Assembly: GCA_965603825.1 (NCBI GenBank)
Contig: CBFDEM010000019.1
Span: forward strand, 1 to 64,000
Reading direction: 5' to 3'
DNA length: 64,000 nucleotides
Origin: Blepharisma stoltei ATCC 30299
Lineage: Eukaryota > Protista > Ciliophora
Both the position numbers and the translations under genes were made by a program. Under the pieces are notes generated by a model. The model saw only the letters and a list, made by a program, of their open reading frames with translations, was not told the origin of the DNA and ran no database searches. Positions 36,984 through 49,651 of the stretch are shown piece by piece (the stretch's first letter is position 1; the number at the start of each line of letters is the position of its first letter).

Positions 36984-37457
36984 TTAGACTGCTGCAGCTA
37001 TTTTATCACTAAAAACCATTCCTTCAAACTCTTCTAGCTGCCTTCTAAACCCAAAATTCGGATCAATAATTTCTCTTGTATGTCTTACATGCTCAAAAGC
37101 ATCTGAATACCTCATATTATGAAATTTCATTAAATATGCGATTACAACCGTTGCAGACCTCGAAACTCCTTGAAAGCAATGCACTAGCACTTTCCCTCCA
37201 TTATTAATTGCAGCATTTATAAATTCAAAGCATTCGTCAAGTTTCGATAAAATATTTACTGTGGGATCGTCACTAATGCTTACTAGATAATAAGTCACGT
37301 TCGGCACTTTTGAAGGTCTAATAGGGCAAACAGTAAGCACATGTGTAATCCCTAGCCTATACAAAATTGTATGATTATTTGCAGCAGCAAGCGACCCTAA
37401 ATACAGTTTCTTTATAACTTGATCTGGGACATCATTTCTTTTCCTTTTAATTACCAT
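36984..37457 (-). CDS. Atypical dual-specificity phosphatase
   Basis: LYLGS, VHCFQGVSRSAT, PNFGF. Confidence 0.92.
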   Translation of the reverse strand: MVIKRKRNDVPDQVIKKLYLGSLAAANNHTILYRLGITHVLTVCPIRPSKVPNVTYYLVSISDDPTVNILSKLDECFEFINAAINNGGKVLVHCFQGVSRSATVVIAYLMKFHNMRYSDAFEHVRHTREIIDPNFGFRRQLEEFEGMVFSDKIAAAV

Positions 37458-37475
37458 TTATAAAAAACTTTACAA

Positions 37476-38930
37476 TTATCTTAAAAGTTTTTTAAACAAA
37501 ATTTCTCCTTCAGCGCCTGTTTTATCGACCCCAGCCCAACTCTCTGCACTGACGCCAGAAAAACTGAACGACGGAGGATTTAGACATTCCATTATATCTT
37601 CACTGTTTCTTCTTTTATTCTGTTTATCTACAATTGAGCTTATATTAAGTGTTTGAGGCCTTTTCATAATGGGAGGTGGGGATACTTCACTAGTTAAGAC
37701 ATGTGGCCAAAACTGTGGTAAAGTTCTGCTTTGTCTGAAAAATTCTTTTGGGGTTGCGTTATAGTAAAATAGTAAATAAGCTTTGTTGCTTTCTACAGCA
37801 TCTTCGCTCATTTCTTCGACCATATCGTCATCGAATTTGTATCATCTTTGGTCATTTTTGTTTTTGGAATAAGTGAAATAGTGCCCTTCTGTTAATTTTC
37901 CAGAGTGGTTAACGACTGCGTATAAGTCGTATTTTGGAGGAGTTTTTTGTGGGCCAGCTACATATTCAGCTAAGTCAAGACTTTTTAGAGGAAATCCTAT
38001 ATCAGTTTTAATTTTTTCCTGAATTTCTGGGGTGAAATGAAATCTTTTTAGCTGGAAAATTAAAATCGGCGGAACCTTTCAAATGCTGTAACTTTTCGTG
38101 GCAGTCACCTGCTTGTTGCATTTTGAGCAGAACCAGCTTTGCTCTAAGCTTTCATTTTTTGTGAAATCTTTTAAGCATTGCTTTAGTGAGGTGCCTTTAT
38201 TAGCACTTATAGGTAAAGAAATTGACATAAAAGGCTCGAAATTTTGAGAAATTTGGTCACATTGTGTGCATTTTAATGTTGATTTTAATTGCCCATGAAA
38301 TAAATCAACTATAACGGAACTTGTAGATTTCAAATGATCATGCCAGGCTTGTGCAGCTTGGTGTTCATCTGTATCTCCATTGCATTCGGGGACTGGTGAA
38401 GATGAATTTGTGTTGGCTCTATTGAGCAGCTCATTCATTTTCCCCATAAAAAAAGTAAGAAATTCATGAACGTCATGCTCCTCTTCTTGTGCAAATTGAG
38501 TATTTTTTTGGACAATTTCAACGAAATGCTTAGGCACTATACAGTCATAATTTGCCTTTCATTGAGTTCTTATGATTTCTGCAAACGCATAAATCAGCTC
38601 TGCGGATGAATTATCTCTGTTTTGAAAGCACATCTCTTCTTTAAATAACCCACTCAAGAAATAATCCGCCAATGGATTTGTATTGCAAAGGCACTGAAGC
38701 ACTGCATTTATATAGCAAGTTTTCCCTAAATTTTCAAAGCCACCGATTCCTGAAATAGCCTTCTTTTCTTTTTTAGGGTTTTTGAAGTTGTTAACAAGCG
38801 AAATATACCCTTTACTTGTACGAGTTGGAGAAATTACTTCAGTTTTTTCTTCTTCGTTGATTTCTTTGAGTTTTTCAGACATAAGTCTTTCGTTTTCAGC
38901 TACGCTTTTTCGGCAACAAGCTGCGCCCAT
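37476..38930 (-). CDS. Ubiquitin-specific protease (C19; USP2/8/21-like)
   Basis: NLGKTCYINAVLQCL Cys box, QLKRF, NHSG..EGHY His box, WYKFDD (W=TGA); N-terminal MGAACC. Confidence 0.9.
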
Positions 38931-39227
38931 ATATAATTTATTAGTTGAAAAAATAATTGGGAATTCGAATTTAAGCTAATTATTTATTAAAGGTTTTTGA
39001 GGAGAGAAAAGAACTTTCTGGAGAAAATTGCTAATTTCTTTTGATATTATAAAAATTATAAACTTAAAAAATTATACATGGAGCTTTGATCAGTTAGTTA
39101 GTATAGAATCTATTTATTTGATAAATTTAAATGCGTTTCAAATGCAAAATCTTGAATAAAAGATTTAGCTCTTAGAATTATAAATGAAAATATCATAATA
39201 AAAATTGGTTAAGAAATAATATTTTAG

Positions 39228-41417
39228 TTACATTATAGATAAGTCACGTCTTTGCTTTTCTAGAAGTTCTTCTAACTTCTGAGCCTTAATTTGCATAAAC
39301 TTCAAGTCTTCTTGCAATTCCCTTATTTTTTCATCTTTTCTTGAAATGGTCTGTTTGACCCTCTGTTCAATTTCTTCAAGTTCTTCAGCTTCTCTCTGTG
39401 TCATTTCTTCAATTTTTTCTTCATGAACTGCTTTTAATCTATTTATTTCCATTTTCGCGTACTCAAGCTCTTCTTGCAGCTTCTTTTGCTGCCTCCTTTC
39501 TTGAATTCTCACTTCTTCTGCATACTCGCTTTCTCCTGCTTTGAATTTTTGTATCCTTGCTTCTAAATTTTCTATGTGCTCTTTCAGTTGCTTTTTTTGG
39601 CCTTTCTGTTTTAAAATCATTAATTCCTGGTCTTGGATTTTTCTATTTAATAAATCAAAATTTTCGTCTAAATTTCGCTTAGCTTGGCTTGATTCATCAA
39701 TTTTGGATTTTAAGTTATTGACGAGCTCTTGGTATTGGTTGAATTCTGATTCAAATTTTTCTCGCATTGTCCTGATCTTGGACTCCGATTCTTTATCAAT
39801 TCGCTTTTTATAGGCGACTTGCTCTTCTCCTAATTTTTCTACTATTTCTTTTAATTCTCTGTCTCGCTGTCTAATTAACTCATTTTTCAAATCATTTTTT
39901 TGGGTATCCAGATCTTTATTCATCCTATTTTGATGTAAATCCATAAATTCTCTTTTTTCTTCTTCATAGTCAAATTTCAGTTTTTTTATTTTATTTTCAT
40001 GTTTTCTTTCTAATTCTTCTAAATCTTCCTGGAATTTTTTCTCTTGGTCCCTTAATTTTTGCTGATTTTCTTCTTCAATTTTTTTCAGTTTTTCTTGATG
40101 GATAGTTTCATCATGAGCTCTTAGCTCAAGATTTCTTTTATGCTCTGTGGCAACATCTTCGCTTCAGTTTTTTCGCATTTTTTGGAATTCTTCTTCTTGC
40201 TTTATATGCATTTCATTAATGCGTGATTTATAGTGCTCCCTTTCTCTTTCTAATACGTCGTCGAGCTTCGATTTTTGCTCTTCTCTTACTGATAAAAGCC
40301 TTTTTTCATAATTTTGTTCAATTTCGTGCTTATATTGGCGCATTTCAAGCTGATGCTCTTCTTTTAGTTTTTCTATAACTCTTTTATGCTCGTTTATAAG
40401 CCTCGAAATTTCTGGCTCAAGCCCTTTGGCAGTCTGCTCTTTGATTTCTTTCGCTTTTTCTTTCATTCATGAATCCCTCTTTATTTTCTCTGTCGTTATA
40501 ACTGCATCTTTCCCTTTTTTCATTTCTTTTTGGAATTTTTCTCTCATTTCTTGCATTGCGATATAATTTTGCCCTTCCATTTCTTTTATTTTCACGTTTA
40601 GCTCATTTAGTTGCTTCAGTCTGATTTCTTTTTCAGCTAAAAGTTGCTCAATAAACTTAACGTTTTTTTCAATGACTTCTTCGAATTCTTTTTTTTGATT
40701 TTCCAATGCTCTTTCTATTTCTTCAATTTTTTCTTGGTCTTTTTCAATAATTTTTTGCTTTTGTTTAAAAATTATTTCCTTTAAAGACGAAATTGTTTTG
40801 GCAGCATCTTCTAGTTCTAATTTATAAGTAATGGACTCTATATTACTAGAAGTCTCAGATTTTTGGTGCTTGAATACATTTTCTGATTCATTTAAAAAAT
40901 TCATCAAATTGCTAGCTTTTTCAGAAGTCTGGGATCTTACGTCTGGAGTCATGCGATCAGAGCTGTCACAAATTGAATTAGAAAATACGCTATTTGGCCT
41001 TAATATTGAGGATTCTTCATGTTTTGCTGGAGGAGTTTTTGGAGGCAAAAAATTTTTTTTATAGTAATTCATGCTGGAATCATTATATATAAATCCAGAC
41101 CTAGAATCTTCAGTGTTTAAAGTGCTTTGGTTGCAAGAATTGCTTTTTAAATGGTACCGCCCTTGAATTTCTTTAGCATCATTTTCTAAACTTTCTTGCC
41201 TCGCCTTAAACTGATTTTTCATCCTATTGATCTTTTGGCTCATCTAATTTAAATTTACAAGCTTCATAGACATTTTTCGCCATCATCTCTGGATACAAAT
41301 GACAGAAGATAAGCTTACTTGTACTGGGTGCTTTGGCACTGGCTTTGGAGGATGACTTAGCTGCTTTTTTGTGCGGACTTGCGAAGGGTTCTTTTTTGTG
41401 TCTCCTCTTTTCATCAT
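39228..41417 (-). CDS. CEP131: CEP131/AZI1-like centriolar satellite protein; 15-nt intron at 41244-41258
   Basis: IQRWWR IQ motif, IKEQTAKGLEPEI signature, RDRELKEIVEKL, LEELLEKQR. Confidence 0.78.
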
Positions 41418-41596
41418 TTTTGTAAATTTAAATAAAATTGTTACGTAAGGAATTTATTTAATTTGAGTATATCTTATTGCTCTTCTCAGTTATCAATGAT
41501 TAAAATATGCGGAATTTTTCTGGATAGTTTTGATATACTGTAATTAAAAAAGAAGAAGGAAATTGAGAGTAAAATTTTTATCATAAATTGACCTAT

Positions 41597-42004
41597 TTAA
41601 AAATCAAATGTATTACACAAATACAAGCAATATTCAGCATCCTTTATATAAGTGGGCTCTAGGCATTTTTTAAAGTAGTCCTTGACACTGAATTTCTTGT
41701 CAGGATGTGCTAGTTTCTTTCAGCCGCTATGCTTTTCAGTCAGAATTTTATCAAGTTCATCAAGAGATAGTTGCCTTTCCTTAATTTGCTCAAAAAGATT
41801 GTTTATTTTATCATAATCATAACTGCCTGGGTTCCTATTCCCATTTGGATTCCAATATCTCCATATGCGGGATCTATCATTATTACCATGATATATCTTG
41901 ATATTTCTACCTTTATTTCTTTTCTTTTTCTTCTCCAATAGTTTTTTATCCTTTTGAGTTTTTATTACTTGTGATCTCTTTTGCTTGAAAAATTGATTTT
42001 CCAT
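41597..42004 (-). CDS. Unrecognised small basic protein family, member 1 (135 aa)
   Basis: KQKRSQVIK...PDKKFSVKDY...YLCNTFDF-TAA through TGA=W. Confidence 0.75.
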
Positions 42005-42465
42005 TATTTTAAATATTTGATTGATTTTTTACGTTTAGGTTTTAGCACCAAAAATATGTGAGCTCTGCATTTAGAATAAAACTCAATTCGTTAAATATAT
42101 GTAAACAAATAGGGTATAGATTGCATCAGTATAAATTCTAAATATCTATAAGTTAAAATAGAAATTTTACTTTGATAAAATTTAATATAAAATATAAAAA
42201 TGACAAATTATAAATAATATATATAGCTTTTATAAAATTGTAAATAAACTCTTTAGCTTTAAATAGATATGTTTAGCTAATATATATCTTAAATTGTGAT
42301 GTTTTATAGTCTTATCATTCCCGTAAAGAACACAATAAAAATTAATTATTAAATATCTTCTTTGTAAAGAGTGCAAATTAGGCACATAATTTAAATAAAT
42401 TTATTTAAATTAGTCAGGCTAAATATCTCAAAAATCTTTTATTTTTCCCCAAATATAATAATAAA

Positions 42466-43686
42466 ATGGCATTTATCCAAATTCAACAGAACTTGCTTCT
42501 TATCTCAGTTTTTCTTTTCCAACAGTCCCAGGGATTCACTTTCACATCAGAATCCTCTTTCTCTATTGAAAAAGGAACTGGGAATCAAAATTGTGAAAGT
42601 TATGCCTGCAAAGATCCAGCCCAAAACTACTCAAAAAATACATGCCTATATTATAATACAGAATTTAGCATGTGGTATGCAGATCCATGTAGTAAAAGCT
42701 CACAATATTGCAAGCAAGATACGCAAAATGCCAACGATCCACATGCTAATTATACATGTGAGACTTATACATCATTCAACGCTGCTTTGCCAGGAGAATA
42801 TTGCGAAAAAATCTACATGTGCAATACAGCTTATACTTCAGGATGTTCTAACAACGTATGCAAAGCTATATCCAGTTTAGACCAGGCTTGCCAAAACACC
42901 AAGCAATGCGAGTCAGGGACATACTGCTATATCCCTGATCAAGCTACTCAAGGAACTTGCCAAGCCCAGATTCCAATAGATGGGGAATGCACATCCTATA
43001 AGCTCTGCGCAAATAATGCAATATGCAACTACACCTCAACAGTCAATAATGTCCCAGTTGGAAAATGCAAAGCATTTGGCTCGTTCAATAATCACGACTA
43101 TGTAGGCAGCTGTGATTTTTTAGACGGAATTCATACATTTGGGTATAACGATTTATGTCCATCTGGTTACTGTGCACCTTCTGGGAATTCATATATGTGC
43201 CTTGAATCAGTCACTTCAAGCCAAGGACTCCCTGTCCTTTGCAATAATGACCCTATTAATATGATAAATGCAACTACAGGCTGCACAAGCAATAAAGACA
43301 GTTTACTAGGCGTTTCTGTGACTTCAGCTTGTGATTGTGCAAATAACTATAACGCAGAGGCGTATTGCAATCTTTTTTCTGGGGACCCAACAATGGCGAA
43401 ATTTAGACAATATTTAACTAAATGGACCCAAAGCAAAGAGATTTTGAAATGCAACCTTATGGGGAGATATGATCTACTTTGTGTAAAAGCACATTGGGAT
43501 AAGGATAATGCGGCGGCTTATACCTATTATTTTTATGCTGCGTATTTTTATCCAGAAATAGTAGAGGCTGACGACTGCGTGCTTTCTGTGACGAATTATG
43601 GGTACAAGATGGCGAAAAAGGCTTATAATGATGACTTGGCAAGCCTTATAGGAGTTTCGTTTTTAGTTATGATGGCGCTCCATTAA
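42466..43686 (+). CDS. Secreted/GPI-type cysteine-rich surface protein
   Basis: Hydrophobic N-terminal signal, periodic Cys, hydrophobic C-terminal tail SLIGVSFLVMMALH. Confidence 0.8.
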   Translation: MAFIQIQQNLLLISVFLFQQSQGFTFTSESSFSIEKGTGNQNCESYACKDPAQNYSKNTCLYYNTEFSMWYADPCSKSSQYCKQDTQNANDPHANYTCETYTSFNAALPGEYCEKIYMCNTAYTSGCSNNVCKAISSLDQACQNTKQCESGTYCYIPDQATQGTCQAQIPIDGECTSYKLCANNAICNYTSTVNNVPVGKCKAFGSFNNHDYVGSCDFLDGIHTFGYNDLCPSGYCAPSGNSYMCLESVTSSQGLPVLCNNDPINMINATTGCTSNKDSLLGVSVTSACDCANNYNAEAYCNLFSGDPTMAKFRQYLTKWTQSKEILKCNLMGRYDLLCVKAHWDKDNAAAYTYYFYAAYFYPEIVEADDCVLSVTNYGYKMAKKAYNDDLASLIGVSFLVMMALH

Positions 43687-43825
43687 TAATTAAGGATATA
43701 AGCTTTCAGAATAAAAAATTATCATTTTAGTTTATGCATGGTATTACCAAACCTCATAAAATTATATATAAACTGCTATTATAACCCTTCTGATAGCTCA
43801 AAATAATAATATCTTTATTAATTGC

Positions 43826-44290
43826 TTAGAAATCCATTAGGCAGCATAAAAAAAATGCATGAGTAACATCTTTCATAGAGACGTGCTTTAAATATGTTTT
43901 TGAGTAATTGTAAAAATTGAATTTTTTATAATGAATCATAGGTTTCAAATATTCATACTCTGTATTAAGAATAGCATCAGATTTTTTAAATAATTTTTCG
44001 TTTTCGTGTACGCTTGTATTTACTATAGCAATTTCCTCTTCGTCATCGCCACCAAATGGAGTTTCTAGGCCACTATAAAATAAAGAATAGTAATACCCAT
44101 AATTTCAATTATGATATTTCAGCCTAGCTTTATTTCGCAGAGCAAAGTTGCTAGTAGTTGGAATTCTTTCTTTACGAATTTTAGGTACTGCTTTTTTTTT
44201 GCTTTTTAGCTTTTTGTTTTGCTTGAGTTTTATTATTTCTGATCTTTTCTGCCTAATTGATACTCCATCTTTATATCAACTTATCCGCAT
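43826..44290 (-). CDS. Unrecognised small basic protein family, member 2 (154 aa; absent from the ORF track)
   Basis: Hand translation: RQKRSEIIKLKQNKKLK...KARLKYHNW...KKFNFYNYSKTYLKHVSMKD..AFFLCCLMDF-TAA. Confidence 0.7.
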
Positions 44291-45082
44291 AAAAAACTTT
44301 ATTTGATAAAAGGAATTGAAATAGTTTGCTTGTATCAGCATATATAAGCAATTTATAAAAAGAATTCTATGAATTTATATAATAATTTTTATTTTAAGGA
44401 GATAAAATGGGTTGAAAATGATTTTATTATTAATGGGAGTATTAAAATCTATAAATAGCAATCATTTATCATTAAGATTTAAATATACATAATAGCAATA
44501 AATAATTTTTTTATCATATAATTATTAGCAAATAGCAAATTAAGTTTACAGTGAATCTACGATAAGTCAGTAAAGCCATTAGCCTTTTTTTGTCCGAAAA
44601 AGCAGTCTTCATAAGCATCGGAGCTCAAATGAAGAAAATAGAAGGTTCCCCTATTGGATTTTCTTCCTGAACCAGCTGTCCAAGTTATTAGCTACATAGG
44701 ATAGCGCTATCTAATAGGCTCGCATACTAGGAGCAATTTCACTACCCATTACGCTGGCCCACATATAATAAAATTAATTTTTACTAGAAATACTTCCTTT
44801 AAACAAGAATTCTATAAACCGTCAATTAAATTTAGCATTGATCTATTTCAGTAAATTTTATTTCAATTATAAATGCTCAAGGTGAATAAAGGAGTGATAG
44901 TTCCAGCAATATTGTCTTAATATAGCACCTCAGCGAGATCCAAACTCACAAAAAGACTATTAGTATGCTCAATATAAAATGCGACATGAATAAGGCAGTT
45001 CTTTTATGACTGTTTATGTAAATGATTAATATATAAATTATAGCAGCAATATCGCACTAAGCTTTTTCAAAAAGCAAATTCA

Positions 45083-45499
45083 TTAAAAATCAATTGAATT
45101 AAATAAGTAGCACGCATAGTTAACATCTTTTAGAGCAGCAAGATTAAGATAGCGTTTTGGATATTTTGAAAATTTTTCTTTTTTATAAAAAACGGCCTGC
45201 CTTTTCGAGCCATGCTTTCTATCAACAGCTTCATAATATTTTTCAAGAGCCTTCAACTTTTTATCTATCTTAGCAAGTAATATATAAATTTTCTTTAGAT
45301 CATAGCTGCTCGATGTATGGTTTGGGCCATTATGACGCCATCAGTCTCATTAGTATTCTATACAATTATTATGATAATCAAGTCGAATTTTTTTCCTATG
45401 TGTGAAGCGAAAATTCCTTCTGCACTTTATTTTCCTTTTTCTAGGGTCTTTTCTTGTGCTTTTTGGCTTTTTAGTCTGCTTGACTTTTAGTATTTCTAT
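45083..45499 (-). pseudogene. Unrecognised small basic protein family, member 3 (no ATG, one in-frame TAA)
   Basis: EILKVKQTKKPK...RLDYHNN..Y-TAA-WDWWRHNGP...DRKH...YLFNSIDF-TAA. Confidence 0.7.
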
Positions 45500-46163
45500 T
45501 AATTAATGCGCAATTTTTTATAAACTACTTATAAATTTTGAATAGGGCCTGGAAGAATTATTTTTGAAATCTAAAGTTCATAAACATAGATAGTATGTTA
45601 ATCCATATACGACCATAATTTTATGGTTTGCACTAGGAATTTTATGATTTTTTATTCGTGATGATTTTCTTCTACAACTCTACACAGGACAGTGGCCTGA
45701 AACAAAGCCACAGAGTAAGATAATACATCTATCTATAACTATATTCTTTCAATCTTTTTCTATATCATATATTTTATGGAAACTCTCTATATTATTATTA
45801 TTATTATAATAGGAGTAGAGGATGAAATATAAAGTATCAAAGTTTAATCTAGGTAAAGTTATTCTGAAAATAATACTTTAATTATAGAAATTATTTTACG
45901 ATAAGTGTTTTACTGTTGTTGATTTGATTACTTTGGGAGTTGTTCTCATTAACAAGAGTATAGCTTTACTTAAATATAGATTAATTTTAAATGAACTTTA
46001 AACAGCTAAGTCGTTTTCAGTTAATAGAATTTTTCCATTACTTCAAATTAAACAGCTTATAAAATAATAATCATTATAACGCAATTATTAAATCTGTTTT
46101 TTGTAAACAATGAAATTTAACCTAAAATAATATAATAGTCAAATTGCAAAACAGATGAATTAT

Positions 46164-46610
46164 TTAAAAATCTGTTAAAGTGCATAAATGAATTGCATGG
46201 TTAACGTTTTTCATAGCTGAAGAATTCAAATATTGTTTCAAATATTTAGAAAAATCAAATTTTTTGTTAGGAACTATTGATGTTATATTGGAATGCCTTT
46301 TATCAAGAATCTCATAAAATTTTTCAAGAGTTTTATTTTTTTCTTTTATTTCGCCAAGCAATTTTGTGGTTTTCTTTGCATTATAGCCTCCTGTCCTAAT
46401 ATATTGACTCTTACGGTACCCTCAGTCCATGCTGCTATTTCAATCATTATTGTGATAGTTAACTCGCAGCTTATTCCATGGAGTATAGTTTTCATATGCT
46501 CTTTTATACTTACTATTTGAAAAATCTTTCTTTTTTGTACCTTTTGGCTTTTTAATTTTTCTGGTTTTTATTATTTCTGATCTCTTCTGCTTCAATATTG
46601 GCTGCTCCAT
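46164..46610 (-). CDS. Unrecognised small basic protein family, member 4 (148 aa)
   Basis: MEQPILKQKRSEIIK...RVNYHNNDW...PNKKFDFSKYLKQYL...HLCTLTDF; two ORF pieces joined at TGA=W. Confidence 0.78.
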
Positions 46611-47025
46611 ATTATGCTGCTTATTAAATATAATTATAAAAAAATAATAAGGAATAGACTTTATAAATCTAAGATTTAGGCATTTTCGCAATTAGTTTTT
46701 AAAGTTAAATTTATTTTAGAAAATATCATAATCTTCTAATATTTTCTACTTTCACAAATTTTGGTTAGGTATTTGTATTCTGTGATTTTTTCAATATCTA
46801 TTTACTCATTAATCAAGCTTCAAAATTATTAAAATCAGAACAATCCAATTTAAGAATTATTGAGTTAACCGCCTTAAGAAGCTATTGAAAGTAAAATTGA
46901 TGACAATAGCTAACAGAAATTGATACAACGATGCAAAGCTGTTTTATATTTTCAAATAAAAGCTAGAGAGTCTAAATAGATCCTTCTTTACAGAAATATG
47001 CGGGGCATATCTAGAAAAAAGAAAT

Positions 47026-49185
47026 ATGCAAAATTCTCCTGAAATTCATGATAAAGCTAGTGTCGAGTCAGTAAACGTTAAAGATTCAACTTCCTTTATA
47101 ATAAGTTCGAACAGTGAAAGTTCAAAAGGGCCTGAAAACATAAACAAGATAATGGAAAACAACCTAGAAAAAAACATAAGCTTGCTTAATTCTCAAATAA
47201 CTGTTTCTAATGAACTCAACAATAAACCCAAGGAAACAGAAAGCGCTTTAAAAGTTATAAACATCTTAAGAAATAAAACAGCTGAGATTCTCAGTATACC
47301 AAACAATCGCGAATTAGAAATAGATTTCAGAACAACTTGCTCAGCAATTCAGAACAATTCTAGCCTTCACGATCCACTATTAATGCAAGCTTACCAAGAT
47401 TATCTTAATGCTTATCAACGAAAAGCATCTCTTTATAATATTGCAAGAGATTATGAAGAAAATAGAACTAATTTATATATTTATAACACTGAAACTGAAA
47501 CCGAAGAAGTCAAAACCGTTCAAATTCCACAGCCACTAAGCTCATGCTCCTGCATAACTCAACTTCCAAATGGTAAGTTATTCTGTTTTGGTAGTGATGA
47601 ATGCTCTGGCACAATGCTAATTGATATGAATGGCAGAGCCAAAATGCTGCCATCTGGAGCTCCTCACGGAGTCTCATCAATTATTTATTTCAGCAACAGC
47701 GTCTATTGCTTTGAAGGTGAAAGAAATCTATCTAGCAGATTCGATTTGGATCAAAATCGTTGAATTAAATTATCTCTAATGCCAAAAGCTTATTGCTGGT
47801 GCAATAGTATAATATTTAATAGAAATATTTTGATTTCTGGAAGTAAAAATAGAAATCTTTTGTTATACTCAATTGATATTAACTCTTTCTCCACAATTCC
47901 TTATGAATTTGAAAAGCATAAAATAAAGATCCTGATAAATGCAGAGAGACTATATTTGATTGAATGCTGTGGATGAATCTATGAAAACGAAGTTGGAAGT
48001 TACTTGAATTGGAGACGAATTAGAAAATCATCAATCGATAACAATCTTCAAGTGCATTGAGTATATAATAAAGGAGGAATATGCATCTCAACTACTAACG
48101 GATCGGTTAGAGAATATTATTATTTTAATTTAGATCAAAAAATCATTACTGATAAAGCTTATTATAGTAAGTATTACTTACTTAGAAGGGTAGGTAAAGA
48201 GATTGAATCAATAAAATGAAATAATCAGAATTTTAAGCTTGATCCTTATAATCTGGATGAATGAAGTCTAAAAGGCATGAGTCTAAAAGAATTAGGAAAT
48301 TATTTAGAAGAAATCATATATTATGACAAAAAACTCAAAGAAGATCCAAATTACGCTTTTTTTTATTATAATAAAGGCAACGCTTTTTATTGTTTAGAAA
48401 GATATCTAAAAGCAATCGAATGCTATGACAAAGCAATCAAGCTAGATCCAAATGAAACTCTTTTTTACTTTAATAAAGGCAACGCTTTTTATGGTCTAAA
48501 AAAATATCTAAAAGCAATTGAATTCTATGACAAAGCAATCGAACACAAGCCAAGCAAAGCTAAATATTACTATCATAAAGGCAACGCTTTTTATGGCTTA
48601 GAAAGATATCTAGAAGCGATCGAATGCTATGAAGAAGCAATCAAAGTTAGGCCAAATGATGCTGATTTTTACTGGAAGAAAGGTTCTGCTTTTAATGAAT
48701 TAGGAAGATATCTAAAAGCAATCGAATGCTATGACGAAGCAATTATAATCAATCCAAACAATGCTGATTTTTGCAGGAAGAAAGTATCTGAATTAATTGA
48801 ATTAAGAAAATATCAAGAAGCAGAAATAATCAATAGCGAAACAATAAAGATCAACCCAAACAATGCCAAGTTTTATAATGATAAAGGCAATACTCTTTAT
48901 GTTTTAGAGAGATATCAAGAAGCAATTCAATGCTATGATGAGGCAATCAAACTTAAACCCAACAATCCTTTGCATTTCTGCAATCGAGCTAGGGTATTTG
49001 ATAATCTCAGACAGGAAGAAGCAGCTTTGCAGGACTTTAATACGGCTTATAATTTATGGCAACAATATCAAGAAAGTGCTTTCGTTGGGAATGGATGGGA
49101 ACTATCTGAAAAAGATATCAAATTTATTGACGACATATTAGGCTGAGAGCGCATTGAACTACTCCAAAAATGCAGATTTAAATAA
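47026..49185 (+). CDS. Kelch-like propeller + TPR protein, copy C (full 5' end, 7 TPR-like units)
   Basis: Continuous 719-aa frame with TGA=W; ITQLPNGKLFCFG, VYCF.G, RFDLDQNRWIKL..MP blades, then 34-aa TPRs. Confidence 0.85.
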
Positions 49186-49260
49186 TTTGGTTAGAATAAA
49201 ATAAAAAATTATCTCCCTATCATATAAAATTCGATGATACAAAGCAGGCGGTCTCTAGAA

Positions 49261-49570
49261 TCCTTGTCTCAATGGGACTAGAACTTCTACATTTCCTGCT
49301 TAAATTGATCACTGCCTACCAAATAAAAGCCCAAACAGCAATTCAAAATCTGATTTTCTATAATTTCGGCTATGGCATTATTTATTTTTTGTGGGTTTCC
49401 CTCGCATATCTCTTAAAGCTTGCCATAATGACTTATAGCACTGGAGTATTCTGCACCATCACCACAGGCATCACTTTTGGTTATTTTTTGTTCAGAATGA
49501 TGGCATAAAACTCCTATAGCAAACGAAAGCTTATCTCAAGAACTAGGAGTAAAAAACCCATGCTGCTAGT
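49261..49570 (+). pseudogene. 5'-truncated, frameshifted copy of Ctr-a
   Basis: Matches 8060-7750 inverted; lacks the Met-rich N-terminus; MLAIM changed to KLAIM; frameshift near 49500. Confidence 0.85.
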
Positions 49571-49651
49571 AGCTTAAAAATAGTAAAATAAATCGTCAAA
49601 GATATGGCCAGTTAATTTTAATCGAATAAAAGAATAAAATAAATAGGAGAA

